DNA from: Puccinia triticina
Lineage: Eukaryota
Assembly: GCA_026914245.1 (NCBI GenBank)
Contig: CP110440.1
Coordinates: 62,001-126,000 of the forward strand
Reading direction: 5' to 3'
Length of the DNA: 64,000 nucleotides
Part shown: in pieces, positions 1-15,406 of the stretch
How the letters are laid out: each line of letters opens with the position of its first letter
How positions within the stretch are numbered: position 1 is the first letter of the stretch
Made by a program: the position numbers and the translations under genes
Notes under the pieces: model-generated
The model's database searches: none
What the model was told of the DNA's origin: nothing
Seen by the model: the letters and a program-made list of their open reading frames with translations, nothing else

Positions 1-514
1 GCCAGCAGCAACTTCGTGCTCTTTTCCGAAAGCTGTATTTTTTGCGTCGCGCCCCAACGTCAAAATCCGAATCCAAATCAAAATCAAAACAAGCTGTCAG
101 CCTGACCGCCGCGCGAGTTTGTTCGGATGTGAAGAGGAGAAGGCAGCAAGTCTTGCGCTTTGGACATTCACTCAACTCTTTCCGGCAATCTTCTTGGCGT
201 ATCCTTCCACCTTGGCTTTGAAGGGCACTCGAGTTTGCGTCTCATCGACCTTGGTTATGCTTCCTAGAGGATGAACTACGTCAGAGGGTCAAAAATGAGC
301 AAACGTTTTTCGGAGTCATCAACCTCTACTTCTGGATCTAGGGGTCATAAGCGATCATCACGACCGATCTCAACGACATACCGATTACATTCTCGTCAGG
401 ACGGCTTGCCTCATTCTGGATGTTAGCACCCTGAGTGTTTCCAGCCAGACCGGGATGATGGTCAGCTGCAGGTTGGGTGTGGTTGAAGTGAGCACCGTGG
501 TCATGAGCTTCCAT
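1..514 (-). CDS. Small hydrophilic hypothetical protein, 3 or more exons, runs off the window edge
   Basis: ATG at 514 reads MEAHDHGAHFNH...ENVI; intron; GSITKVDETQTRVPFKAKVEGYAKKIAGK; intron 176-33 (GTTGAG...CAG); TFGKEHEVAAG. The reading frame is kept across both introns. Confidence 0.65.
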
Positions 515-1024
515 GATAGGGTGATGTGGAGCGTGTGACTTGGTATGGTCGGTTGAGTTTGTTGGATGCGGCTGCTTCTCTGGAAAAGCTGATCATGAGC
601 TTACACTCACGGAGTGACGTCATATGTTGATCACGCAGCGCTGCCCTGGTTTATCAGCACACTCAGGGGGCCAGCCGCTTCCCGATCGCACTCCCCGAGG
701 CCATTGGGCACTTCCCAGTGCTTACTGACAAATATTTAAATAAATATGTATATGCTTCTCGCGCCTCCTCGGAGAGACTTACAATTCAAGCTCGAGACTT
801 GAGGGCCTTCATTCGAGACTCGACGGAGCTCCTCGCAGTCTGAGATGTGTGAATGTGATCAAGATCAAGGGTCTGCTGACTCACGGCCACTCTCGGGGTG
901 CGTCCGGTAGGCTGGCCATCGGGGGAAATCTCGGGTACATAGACCGTGGACTGCGAATCTGGAGGCGAGAAAAAAAAAAAGAAGAAAAAGGAAGAACCCG
1001 GCGGGAACCAACAACAGCAGCAGC

Positions 1025-2113
1025 ATGGCCACATCGATCACAAGAACCATCTCAACAGCAACCAGACTGATAACAGCAGCAGCAGCCTCAGTACCAAAAC
1101 AGCCGCGACTTGCAAACCAGCCCATCAGATTCTCCTCCAACTCACCCTCGACCCCATCATCCGTCGACCAAGTATCAAATAATCAAGCCAACCATGTCGT
1201 CGGTCGGTCGGGGAAAGTCTATTCGCTACGAACGGTAAAAATCGTCGGAGCGATCGGAAGAATGCTCGGATATACCCTCCAGAAGAGTACCGCGGTCACA
1301 CTCACCAGCGATTATTATGATCGATGTGCGGCTAGGTTCGAGATTGAGAAAGAGTTCTGGGTAAAGGGTTAGTTCGCGTTCGAGAACATCTATTGATCCC
1401 ATCCTACTGAAAATCAGTCACTGATATTATGGCATTCAACCCAAGAATGCGGATTGCCTGACTCATTTCAGACCTGGTTCCAAGTCACCCAGTTGCACAT
1501 GTGGTTGATCACCGTCCGATTCAGATCGATGAAAGCCCCACTGGGGAAATACTACCTCCAAGAATTCATCAACCATAGCTTCTTAGACACAGAGGATCGG
1601 ATTCGAGGCCCGCAGAATAAGATCACCAAGGGCACGTTGATCAAGAACTATATGAAGATCCTCCTGCACCAACATCGTGGTTTCCAAACCGTCCTGGACT
1701 GGGCTATCTCTCATCAACCAGAACTCAACCAGAGCGACCAGTTCCTTGCCGGCGTGATCTGGAGGAACTTATTCGGTGCCGCCTGGGGAAGAGGCATGGG
1801 CGGTGTCAAGGGGATCTTCGATTCGAACGAGGAACCATCAGTCAACTCAACTACACCTCACCAACTCTCGCCCTCGACTCCTTCAGCATCCCCACCATCA
1901 TCTCCATCATCAACAACAGCTGCAATTGACGATGGGGAACCCGAACAATCACACTCCTTGGAGAATGATCTCAAGTTCCCGCAAACCTTGGAGCGATTGG
2001 TGATTTTTATCCGTAAGGAACTCGTCAGACTCGATCAAGTGTCTGATAAGACGATCATCACCGGCCAGACTTCTGTCGATCAGCCTGGATTAACCCAGTT
2101 TAACAAAATTTGA
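1025..2113 (+). CDS. CBP3: Cbp3/UQCC1-family ubiquinol-cytochrome c reductase assembly chaperone
   Basis: Mitochondrial-presequence-like N-terminus; intron 1368-1445; motifs LPDSFQTWFQVTQLHMWLITVRFR and DQFLAGVIWRNLF. Confidence 0.88.
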
Positions 2114-3533
2114 GATTGAAGTTAATCCGGAAAAAAAAAAACACCCTCGAGCTCAGCCCTTCTCTACTTCTCACCACCATCTCACGGCGTGCCATGTTTA
2201 AATTCTTCAAAACTTTATCATAGACTAGGGTTTATGGGCGGCGTATGACAGTACCCTGCCCAACCATTCATTAAGCTCCAACGTCTCCCCACAAGTCAAG
2301 TATAATTTAGACATTCACATATTTTCACGGGGTCATTTATTTCAGACCCCTCCAGGCAGCGGCGGAAAACCCAATAAGGCTATCGCCGTAGCTCCAGCTC
2401 CTGATCAAAGGAAGAAGAAAAGTGTCATCATTCTCTTCTGCTTTTCAAAGATTCTTAAAAAAACGGACAGTCTGCTGAGCTCTGAGATTGTCTGTCTGTA
2501 GTGAAGCCTGAGGCCAAAGGCAAATGCTTCTCCAAGTTGGGTTGGCAATTGATTCGGTCTATTTGCCTTCCCCTGTGGACAACTGATGCACTTGTTTCCG
2601 GAGTTTCACGACAGAAGTCCGCCTGGCTTGGTCATGCCACTCACGTCACGCGGAATCACACTGATAGTATTGACCGGTGCGAGTATATCTGCCCTTTAGG
2701 CCTTGTGGAAGTCTATAGGCAATGTCGTGCTATGAGTGTAGGCAGAACAGTTGCCGCCATTCGATGAAGGTCGCCTCCCAATGCTTGGCCACTTGGGTAG
2801 TGGGAACTGCCAGCCTGCCAAGCATTCCAGTAGATACCAGTCACCGGTGCAGTCCCGCAAGTATTTATCTGGGGATAAGTTTGAGTATCGCCTTTCACCA
2901 CGAAGCAAACGGTGTAAGACTGGACTTATAAGCTCCGATCCTCACCGACCGACATGAAAGTTCTTATTTGAACACTTGGCGGGAACGTGTTGTAGAGTGC
3001 CAAAGGCCTGGATCCGCTAACCGAGCCTCAACTCCCTCTGTACAGCCATGCTTTCTTGTTTCTGCTGTAATCGGAGGGGTTGCTTACCCGCCGCCGCTGG
3101 GCGCAGTGGTTTGAGCTGGTTTCCCACGTCTCCGCCCGGCTAGGGAGGGAATTGAGTTTTAGCAATCCCCAGATGATTTCGAAGGTCTATGATACTTGTC
3201 TGATGCCTACGTATCTCCTTCCTCAGTCAAAATACAAAATAATTCGTCAACAAGACAAATCAACATTGAATCTAAATTGACGAGCTGCCCCTGCTCTTGT
3301 TTCACGAATCTCTCAAATCATAATTGACGATCAAACGTCGCTTGGCCTTGAATGCGTGAGTCGTGACAAGTACGTGTCATGGCGAACTTTCAAGTACATA
3401 ACTCGGAAACGGGGCTAGTTATATGGACCGGCTCGAAAGTGTCCGGAGTCCCTCCTGCGCCCTAATTCCGTATCATCGATGGCTTCAGATAACTTCGGGG
3501 CATCTTTTAACCCCCACTGTTTGAATTTGACTC

Positions 3534-3541
3534 TATAAATA
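3534..3541 (+). promoter_or_regulatory. Putative TATA box of the downstream secreted-protein gene
   Basis: TATAAATA about 105 nt upstream of ATG 3640. Confidence 0.45.
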
Positions 3542-3639
3542 AACGTAGAAAGAAAATAAATAAATGAGCCTCAAAATCCAGCCACCTCAACGAGCTTATA
3601 ACATATAAATTAAACATACCCCAAGTAATTAGGCTGAGC

Positions 3640-4247
3640 ATGAGACACAGCACTATCTCTATCGGATTCTTTCTACTATCGATCTTATCAACCGTTGCGG
3701 CAATGTTTTCTCCCATCAGGCTTAACCCATATCGTCGGGCTAGTTCTTATTCGTTTTTCAAGGGGCAGACCGCAGAAGAGGGAACCAGCCACATCAATCC
3801 AATCATTAAAGAAAAACCAAAAGTGAAAAATAGTAAGTCGAACAACTCATGCTGCATGTAGCTCTTGTGACAAATCTTTTGTGTATCTCTCTTCTTTTTA
3901 CTGCTGTGAAGGCATTCTGCGGCCATTTTACCAAAACTTTCCGCTGACAACTTTTTCTTCCAGGCGTCCCGAAGCACCCCAAAAACAAGACCAAGAGTCG
4001 CCCGCGTAGGTACCCAACCACCAGATCAGTTTCTGCTCTTAAATCTTCAAAATTTAATGCAATGACTGTTGGTTTGTTGGTTTGGATAGATGTCGAAATA
4101 GTCCAATTAGTGGAGTGCAGACATAGCAAGTCTTCAAAGAAGAAGGGGAAAGGTGTGACCAGTTCTCAATCCAATTTCATACCTATTCTTTTAATAGTGC
4201 GTGCTGAAATAACAAAAAATAATTGTCACAGGGGAAGCACCAATTAA
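3640..4247 (+). CDS. Candidate small secreted basic protein (effector-like); 3' end uncertain
   Basis: Signal-peptide-like MRHSTISIGFFLLSILSTVAA. Intron 3833-3963 (GTAAGT...GCTGAC...CAG) joins in frame to a K/R-rich exon that runs to the stop at 4247. Confidence 0.55.
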
Positions 4248-4861
4248 ATACATTAAATAGTCATCAATCATTCAAGGCTTCTTTCTCCAAAAACACTCAC
4301 AATTTTCCTCATAATCTGTATCAAACATGATCAATGGATTGCTCTGACTGGTCTTGAAAATCAACTTCTTTGGGTTCAAAACAAGTAGAAATATGTATGC
4401 TGCATAAAATAATTATAGTCTCTGAAATCTTGGTTCAGCATAAATCATTCAACAAACCATCATTTCATCATTCAAAAAGTTTAATTCTCCACTTCTAATT
4501 GTGGTTGTCAAAGATGAGTCAATATATTAGAGGAATTCTTGTCAGGATCTGCAGATCACCCTGCAGAACCATATCTGAAGCAGTGAACCCTCTGAAACTA
4601 CATTTCCCCACAAAAATTGATATTTTTCCTCTCTAAATAAATTTCTGCAGGTAATGCATGTTCAATGGGAAAGCCCCCCCACTATGCATACATTTTTCCA
4701 ATTGTATAGGTTTAGGGTTATGTTTACACATTTCACAAAGACACTAACTCAGCTGGGTGTAACCTCACACATGGGCGCAGGATATTAATTGCTCTGGTCT
4801 TTCACCCTACAAGGGTTATTTTGAAATTACATTTGTTCTTACTTTTTCAGTGCTAGTTATT

Positions 4862-5089
4862 TTAAACCACCCTTTGCACACATAATCCACTGGATTAAAC
4901 CTTTAAATCATCAAAAAATCACTTATTAGCATATTTAAAGCTTTGTCCTTATAAGTAGTTGCCATAAGAACTCTGCCTCTGTCAAGCAGCCAATCAGCTT
5001 AAGCGCTTAAACTACCACCTACTTTTATGCCAATTGAGTTCCCTGTAATCAATAATTACATACTTAACCTTTCCTCTGTTACAGAGTGT
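4862..5089 (+). repeat. Partial LTR-derived segment related to the solo LTRs at 28210 and 50651
   Basis: Near-identical blocks (ATCCACTGG...CTTATTAGCATATTT...CAGCCAATCAG...CCTCTGTTACAGAGTGT) match 51260-51613; no termini or TSD found. Confidence 0.7.
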
Positions 5090-6317
5090 CCTCAATTGGC
5101 TAGGTTGGGAAGCAGCACTCCCTGCTGTTCCAGGCTGGACTAGGTGTTAGACCTTAACTAGCGCTGAAAAAGTAAGAACAAATGTAATTTAAAAATAACC
5201 CTTGTAGGATGAAAGCCCAGAGCAAGTAATATCCTGCGCTCCACAAAACCGCTGAGCGCCCACATGTGAAGTTGTGCCCAGCTGAGTTAGTGTCTTTGTG
5301 ACATGTTGTCCACCAGAACCTACTCCACTTGGCCCCCAAACCGCAAGAGTAACACAGATGATCAAATTATATTGGTCTTTTTTTTATTCCTCTTGATCCC
5401 TTTTTCCGCCTTCCATGTCTCCTCAATACTCTTCTAAAATCTCTCTCCTTACCTCCACCAGGTACCTGTCTGTTTTTTCCCCAAAGATTTTGAACCCACC
5501 AAGAAAAGAAAGAAGAAAAGCAAGGTATGGTCATATTTCATCTAAAAGCAAACTGATGGTAAATTGAAAGCAATTTGCAATTATGTATGATCTAAAAAAA
5601 ATCTTTCTATCTTTTTCCTTCCAAAAACCGTGATAATCCATGTGCATGATCACAGATGATCAAACTTGTACATAGTGACACAAGGCAGTTCTATGAAATC
5701 ATCTTTCAGGACCAACCCATGAGCCAACCCAACCTGGCCTGCCCCACTTTTGATGGGTTGGTTCTTGATATTTTGAAACTCCAACCCAACCCACCCCTGC
5801 CCATTTACGAATGGGGCGGTGTGGAACTCCTACTGTGCCAGGGGGTAGGCAGATTGTTGAGGAGATGGGTGCTGTTGAGGCTGCCCTTGTGGTGGTATGG
5901 AAAAATGACAGGAGGATCAAAACATGATAGCGTTGGGCGTGGATTTCTGAGAGAAAATGGGGATGGAATACCCTTGGCAGTGGTTGGTTTTTTGAGGATC
6001 AGATGATGATGAGAAGGGGATAAGGATCAGGATTTTGCTGGGGATACTGCCAGCGGATCAGAAAAGAGTGATGGAATTTCTTGTGGATCAGAGCAAGTCC
6101 CATGCTGTCCCATCCTCCAAGTTTGAACTGAAACTTACATGTCATCACATCCCTAACTATTATCTTTACCTCTAGCCACTAAATTTTTCAATCAGGTGGA
6201 TGTAAAGTGATGGAAAATTGTGCAATTTGTATTTGCATACACAAGATGCATGGTCCCAAATGAACAGCTGATGGCACGGCAAACCTTAGCCTGCACAAGT
6301 TGACCATCACTTGGTAA

Positions 6318-6658
6318 TAGAGATGGCATCAGGTACCCGTTTGCGGGTACCCGCTACCCATTTGCGGGTACCTGATTTCAGGAGCAGGTACCCGGAAACA
6401 GGTGCCGGGTGTGGGTGCGGGTGTCCAATATCAATGAAATTTCAGGCAGGTACCCGCACCCGCCACAGGTACCTGCGCAGAAAGTGCTGTCCTACAGGGT
6501 AGGGATGGCGCTGGGTACCATTTTGCAGGTACCTGTTGCCTGTAGGCGGGTACCTGTCTGGCGTGGCAGGTACCCACCAGCGGGTGCCGGGTGCGGGTGC
6601 GGATTTCCTAATTTTGTGAAAATTTGGGCAGGTACCCGGGTGTGAAGTGCCATCTCTA
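6318..6658. mobile_element. hAT-type MITE (341 bp)
   Basis: Terminal inverted repeat (TIR) TAGAGATGGCA/TGCCATCTCTA; 8-bp TSD CTTGGTAA on both sides; many internal GGTACC(C/T)G subterminal motifs. Confidence 0.92.
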
Positions 6659-7491
6659 CTTGGTAAACATGGTGGGTAAAAAGGCATCTTATAGTGGTCA
6701 CATTTCTCCAGGGAGGAGAGACAGGTTACACAGGTTTTCCCAGCTTTGACACTGTTTGATACTCAAAAAATAAATACTTGATTTTACATCACTTCCCTCC
6801 CAATTTATGACAGGAAGAGGCAAGGCAGAAGTATTTGTTTTGTCTACCAGTTAGCTGAGACTTTGTGGTCCCTATATTCTGCAGCCATCTTTCATTATGT
6901 GATTTTATGTGGGTTTTGATTGAAACAAAATCAGCCCTGAAAAGCCTTCCTTGTTGCTTGGTCAAGGATATCTTTGAGAATCAGGATAGTTACATTCTTT
7001 GCAAAAAATGTTGTGAATCAAAGTTTGCATTCAGAATTTTGCTCAATATGAACCAAACAAAAAACTCCAACAGATTACATGATATTTTCATGTGTTGGCA
7101 TTGAGTCACAGATCATCCCCCAACCACTTCACCTACAGCTACCCTTGTGCTGTGAAGAAAGTTGAACAAAGAGTTACAGCTGACATCTCACTCACATCAG
7201 ACCATTTGACTGATAAAATTACGGCCTGGCACTCTCCAGAGTGCCACTCATTCCTCCCTGGTGGTTATTAACACTTCCAGCTACAAAATTGGAGAACCAA
7301 ATTCTAACAAAGAAGATGACCATAAAGTGGGTTACTACCGCAGTTGAGATAGCTGCAGGGACACCAAATTGTTTGTAAAAAAAAACTGGGAAAGAAAGAT
7401 GCTATTTTCATCCCCCATACTCCCAAATATTCTTTTGTGTCAAGAGATTATTCATTTCTTCTTTATATCAACACTGAAACAAATGCAATTA

Positions 7492-7660
7492 TGGTGTTCA
7501 AAGTTGGTTTGTATGCATGCATAAATCATAAAATCATAAGAATATGTTGGTGAGGAAATTTTGTATTTCATAATCAGACAGTCATATCCCCTGCAAAACA
7601 GATTTTATGATTTTATGATTTATGCATGCATAAAATTATGCAAACCAACTTTGAACACCA
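7492..7660. mobile_element. 169-bp MITE with TA flanks (copy A)
   Basis: TIR TGGTGTTCAAAGTTGGTTTG/CAAACCAACTTTGAACACCA; a copy of the same length lies in inverted orientation at 52832-53000. Confidence 0.88.
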
Positions 7661-8328
7661 TAAATACATGGAGTGTGTTTTTTTTTTTTTTTTTTTAAAG
7701 TGCAGATTTGATTTGACATTGCGCACTATGCATATGCACCTAACAGACAAAAGCTTCTACCACGCGTACAACGTAATAGCAACCCAATTGTAAATGGAAG
7801 GGAGGAGGAATAACAGAGATTCTGGACAACATACATGACGGTAACAAGAGATAAGAAAGAAAGAGAAAAAGGAGAAGAAGGAAAAGAGTGGGAAAATGAG
7901 GAGAAAGAAAAAGAAAAGGGGAGAGAGTTCCGGCGGTGATCCTGTTTGAAGTCGGATGAGGGCTATTGATGGGTTCCTTCGGCATCTCCGTCCCGCCGGA
8001 ACTGCGGGAGCCTAGCCGAATCTCGGATGAAGCCCTCCGTGGCCCGGAAAGCCCTGAAGTTGTTGAGGAGCGTCCTGGTTGTTATCTCGGTGATTCTCTC
8101 CTCGAGGAGGAGCCGCCTTGCTGTTGTCCTAGCCTCGCGGAACCTGGAGCAAGAAACCAAATAATGATCATGGAGTGTATATGGTAAATGTTTTTCATTG
8201 AAGACACATACCCACATGTCCAATTTTTTGTTTTTAGGTGTTATCATGGCTAAAAATAAAAAATTGGACATGTAGGTATGCCTCTTCAATGAAAAATGTT
8301 TACCATATACATTCACTCCATGTATTTA

Positions 8329-8478
8329 GGCCCCGTTTGGAGCCGATATAATCCAGGCGATATATGATTTTTTTTGCATGACATCCTATGTGACATCTGA
8401 TCAGGTCCGCCAAAACTTGATCAGATGTCACAAGTTTCCAGATTATATCGCGCAATTATATCGGCTCCAAACGAGGCC
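8329..8478. mobile_element. Tourist-like (PIF/Harbinger) MITE, 150 bp
   Basis: TIR GGCCCCGTTTGGAGCCGATATAAT; TTA TSD; same TIR family as 32437-32821. Confidence 0.88.
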
Positions 8479-8924
8479 TTATATAGTTTTCCAATACTGC
8501 CACCCTGCAAATTCCCCTTCCATTATGTAAAACAGTGCAACTTCAGGGTCCTTCTTTAGTTCACTAGGAATGATAAGATAACCAGGAATGCAGTAACCAA
8601 CTGCACAACTGCTAGCTGCTTGAGATACTTGAACGACAGAAATACATACAAAGAACAAGTTTACAAAGATTTGCGACGATATGAGAGAAGGATGTGGTAG
8701 AGAGAGTCGAATGACGATCTAAGGATACTATGGACAAATATTAAGCAAACGGGGGAAGTCTAGGGGTGATGCATATAATAGAGCAAGGTGTTTGGGGATA
8801 TTCACAGAGAAAAGGGGAAAACGAACTGCAGCACTGAATACCGACCATGAGAAAAGAAAGATAGGATGAGTCGCACTGAGGAATGAGCAGACAGAGAAAA
8901 TACTGATTACTAGGCGAGACAAGA

Positions 8925-11900
8925 TCAATCAAGGAGCGCATCTATATTGATAGTCTGATTGAGGTGAAGCGAAGAAACTAAGCCATGGCCCCATTGGCGG
9001 AGCAAGAAATCGGTCATCCAGCCAAACAGCTCCTTATAAGCATCTCTACAAACCGAATAATCATGTTCGCGCCCGTTCGTCGATGTCAACATATTATGGT
9101 GTTCGTTTGAAAGCAAAGCAGGAGGGGAGATAGTTACCTGGTCGAGATACTGTGGTCCGAGTCTGTAAACATCCTGAATTGGAAACCATGGATGTGGGCA
9201 CCGGTCAATCGATCCAAAAGACTGGCCGAATTGAGGAAATGGACTGACACAGACAAAAAAAAACCAAGTAAGCAAACCAGAGAACAACAAAGGAATAAGA
9301 TATATCTGTAGTGGCGACAGACCATTATCATCGGCGGAACCATGGGCCAGAGAAAAGCTCAAGTTCCCGAACCCTTCCATCCGACTGACGGCCGAGTTCT
9401 GATACCCGAGCGGATTCAACGCGGGGGTCGACATGTACCGTTCGGTGTAGATGCTGTCGTAGAATCGCCAGTCGGTCACGGGAGCAACGGCCAAGGCCAT
9501 CGAGAAATCCTTGGAATGCGATTCGACGGTCTTCATGGAATCCAACCAGTCAGTCGAGTCAGCTATCTCTCCCTTTTTTTTGATCGCTCTTTTTGAGGGC
9601 TTACCTTGCACGTCAAATAACCGCCAACTGTCGAGGAAAACCCCACAATCTTGATCAGCTCTCCCAATCCAAAACAGACCAACCATCGCGAGCCACTTAC
9701 AACTCCACCCCCAAATGCCGATACGCTCGGGATCAACGTACTCTAAACCTGCATAATATCTATAACCACAAAAAAGATCCGTCTCATGATTAGATGAAAA
9801 TGACATTATGCGATCATCAGAGTGATACAAAGTGCAAACGGGAGAGAACTCAACTGCGCAGCGGTCGAAACGTCGAGTGCCTCGATCTTGCCAAGTTGGT
9901 TGCGGACACCGACTCGGAACTCTCTACCTTTAAGACCAGTCCCTCGTCCGTCGACATAGACCACTAAATACTCCATGCTCGAGGCTAAGAAATGGCTCCA
10001 ATCTATCACAAATCTTTTCGATGCCGTCTGCGTTTTATTTTTCACAAACGTTATCAATCGAACCATCCACAACTCATAAGGACTAATCTGCCTTACCTGA
10101 GAATTCGGTCCACCATACCTAAAGATGAAAAAATAATATTAGACAAGCAGCAGAGCAGATGGTAAGTAAGACGGAACCTCAAGGAACGTCTGACGGGAGT
10201 CAACGAAACAAACTAACACTTTAAACAGGACAGGGTATTTAGTTTTTCCGGACAAGTCCATCTGATAGGGACGAATCTCCTGGATGTTCATATCTTTGTG
10301 TACGTGGCACCCAGCCCGTTATCGATTAGCTGATCGCGCAAGTTGGTACAATAGGCATATATAGAGAGCAGGGTGACTGACCTTGTTGGATCGAATTCTT
10401 GATCGATGTGAAGTGGACCGTCGGAAGAGCGTACTTACTCAGCGTCTTGTTCAGCGCAGAGTTGTCTTCGATTAAGGTCTCAAAACCTTTGGAGGAAACG
10501 CAAGAATAAGAAGAAGAAATCATAAACTCGGAACTGTCAGCAAAAAGGGTCAGGAAGGCTTGATAATGAAGAAGGAATGAGCTCAACTAGGGTCTGCCAC
10601 TTTGACGAGCTTTTGCCAGGGAGTACTTGGCCCATTGTAGCTCAAGAGATAGAAGCCACCCATCTGAGAAAAACTGACGTCATAGTAACCGACCCCAGTA
10701 GTGATGGGTGTGACTGGGGTGACTCCTTGTAGATCGATGTTTGATTGGGATTCCAATTTTTTAAGTTCGGCTTTTGTAGGCAACTTGACTGAATACAAGT
10801 GTCTTTCCATGCTCGGATTCGCAGCCACGAAGTATCTGAAAGGGTGGTGAAATTCACGGAAAGAGGAGAGGGCGTCAATCGTCTCACGTAGTCTTCTGCT
10901 GCAAGTAAGATAATAGAAGCTAAGACCAACACTAGGTTTTTCTCGAAATCGACTGCAGAGATCTTCCCGTCGACCTCCCAATTCCCGTCGGACAAGAAGA
11001 TGGGCGAACGGGAATCAGGAGGTGAGAAGTAAGCAATGTGTCGGTAGCCAGCATGGTTGATTCGGATATCTAGATATCCGGGTGCGAAGTCCTTGCCAGT
11101 TATGATTGGTTTGATGAATTGTCCCTGTCATCATAAAAAAAAAAAAAAAACATGTTTAGAGTGGAAGTTCTAGATATTGTGACAGAGATTGGTTGCACTC
11201 ACCGGTTCAGCCCATCCACCATCGAATTTCACAAAATCGATGTCCATGACCACTTTCCCGTAAGTAGAGGGAGACACGGCTCGGGAGGCAGCCAGCTGAG
11301 AGAGATCGAAGTAGCCAGTCTTCTCACGGGTGGCGATGCGATTAGTTTGACGGATGATGAGTTCGTGGGCGGAGACCCAGGCGAGTTCGCCGACGATTCG
11401 GTCGGCATCCTCGAATTCGGAGTCGAGCTTGAGTTGGCTGACGGCATCTTTGACGGGGTTGTTCCCGTCTGCTCGTTGGTGGGCCTCGATGTCGAAGAGA
11501 TGGACGCTGACGATCGGGTTGCTGAAGCCCGGTTTGGGGTACTTCATCTTGGTCTTGTCAGGATAGGGCATAGTTTTTCCGACTTGTTCGGTCGGGTTGT
11601 ACGTTCTGAGTTCGTAGATCGGTACGTCGGACTCATCCAGGCTCAGCCAGACCAGTTTGTTTGAGTCTGGAGACCACCACAGTGCTTCTGAGGCCTCGAA
11701 GACTTCCTCCTCGTAGACCCAATCACATATCCCGTTGAAGATGGTGGGCGTACCGGTGATCGTTATCCTGAGCGGGGAGTGGACGTGGTCGGGGGAGGTG
11801 AGCAGATAGATATCGTTGTCGAGAACATATGCGATCGAATGGCCGGTTGGGGACCAGAGTGCAATCGAAATGCGAGGTTGATGGGGTGGACTGAGGACAA

Positions 11901-12742
11901 AGGAATCAGCTGGGATGGGTGGAATGGCTGTTTGCGGGGATATGCAGCTTACATGTCTGGACGAAGAGAGGTGACGGTGCGATGCAAGGTGTCATAGATC
12001 CAATAGTGGCGTAATTTGGAATGTCTCCACTGTTGTTGGGAGTTGGTGGAGACGAGGATGTATCTGAGATCAGAGGATACGGTGAACGCTTCTGGGTAGA
12101 TAGGACGACCTTGAGGCTGGATAATAAAAAAAAAAAAAAGGAAATGAGTGGTCTGTAGATCTTGGTTGATGTGAGACCTACATCTACTAGTTCGGATGCC
12201 CTGATGAGTGGTTTGGATGAGTTATTCTTGAGGTCCTTGAGGATGATTCCGGCGGGGGTGATTTCCGAGTAGACGCCGTCGCCGGCCTCGTCGAGCCAGC
12301 TGATGGCATGGCGGTTGACGTGGAAGGAGCCAGAGAGGGCGTCGTTGAGGGAGATGCGAGAGCGGCCGTCCGGGGACTGGTTGAAGAGCTTTGGGTTGAA
12401 GGGCTTGCTGGTCGTTTGGAGGTTGCTGTTGCTGCTGGGCGGGTGGCTGAACCAGAGCAGCAGGCCGATCGCGAGTCCGGCGAGGGTGCAGATGGATGCG
12501 ATCGATCTAGTCGATGGGTTCCGCTTCCCGAGTATCTTGGATAGCCTGGCGTGGATGGTGCTGTTCTGCTGATTGCGCTGGAGGGGGTGTGATGCTGGGC
12601 TGGGCAGGAGTGGGCTGGGCTTGTTGCTGAACAGGAGTGTCTGGTTGATGATGAAGTCTTCGTCGTCCTCGCCGGCCTCCAGTTCGGAGTCATCCAGCGA
12701 GTCTCTGCCTGGCTGGAGGGAGTCGTAGCTGCTGCTGGCCAT
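8925..12742 (-). CDS. DAP2: Type II membrane dipeptidyl aminopeptidase (DPP-IV, peptidase S9B; Dap2/Ste13-like), multi-exon
   Basis: N-terminal tail plus TM (IASICTLAGLAIGLLLWF); beta-propeller motifs (NGICDWVYEEEVF, KYPKPG, DGRGTG); spliced nucleophile motif GWSFGG; HGSADDNVH; DSDHSI. Confidence 0.88.
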
Positions 12743-12982
12743 GCTGGGTGGTGGGTGGTGGGTGGGTGGTGGTGGGTTGGGTGGGGAGTGTATGCGTTGG
12801 AGGAAATATGTAGTGCCTCCGAGCTTATGTAATCAAGCACCAGGGGCTTGGCTGAGACATTTTCACATCTTCAAGCTACATACACACTACACTTCCTCAT
12901 TCAGAACAACATTGCACTCATTCCAAAGTAACAACAAAACATTTCCCCAAAGGGAATCCAACAAATATTGATGTATACATTT

Positions 12983-14767
<1,785 letters not shown>

Positions 14768-15406
14768 TCAAAAATTGTCAGAGTCCTTTGAGATCATCAT
14801 ACATGGGAACCTGGAGGAAAGAACACATGAACACTTACGGTCTTGAAATGATGACGACTTGACGCCAGTTTTGTGGAAGACTTTGTCGAAGTTGATAAAT
14901 ATGTATCGAGTTTGGTTTGGAGGCTGTGCCGAGCCGAGCTGAAACCCGTGAGCGCAGGGTCCGCGCCGCCGGGCCTTGATTATGTAAGCTAAATCTGTGT
15001 ATGTATGCGCCGGCATCACTGCCCAGAAGTCCGAAAAAAGGCAAACAGCAGGCCAGCTTGGAATCGGAGGCAAGACACCTTGGAGGCCACAGACTTCAAT
15101 CCCCAACCTCACATAATCAAAGTGACTTGAATCTGATGAGGCTTTAATCCTGTTTGGGACTTAGGACTGTGTTACACAATGCTGATGATGGGTTGATTTC
15201 TGATAGAAACAAATACTATTTCGTACTTGAGAAATTGGAAAGAAAAATTGAGAACATGACCAAGCAATCAAAGGAAAGAAATGCATGCAGACCCATGCAA
15301 AGAATCAACCCCTCCCCTGCACAACGAAAAACGTTCACATACATACACATACAACCATAAAATTACATAGCTTTGAGCAATCAAAGAAATACATGAACAT
15401 GGGAAA

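Noticed and set aside
6311..6701. Overlapping ORFs with RVP/GTR repeats
   Set aside because: Translations of hAT MITE subterminal repeats.
7963..8316. 117-aa minus-strand ORF between two MITEs
   Set aside because: No family motif; its 5' part is AT-rich and non-coding-like. Possibly a fragment, but unsupported.
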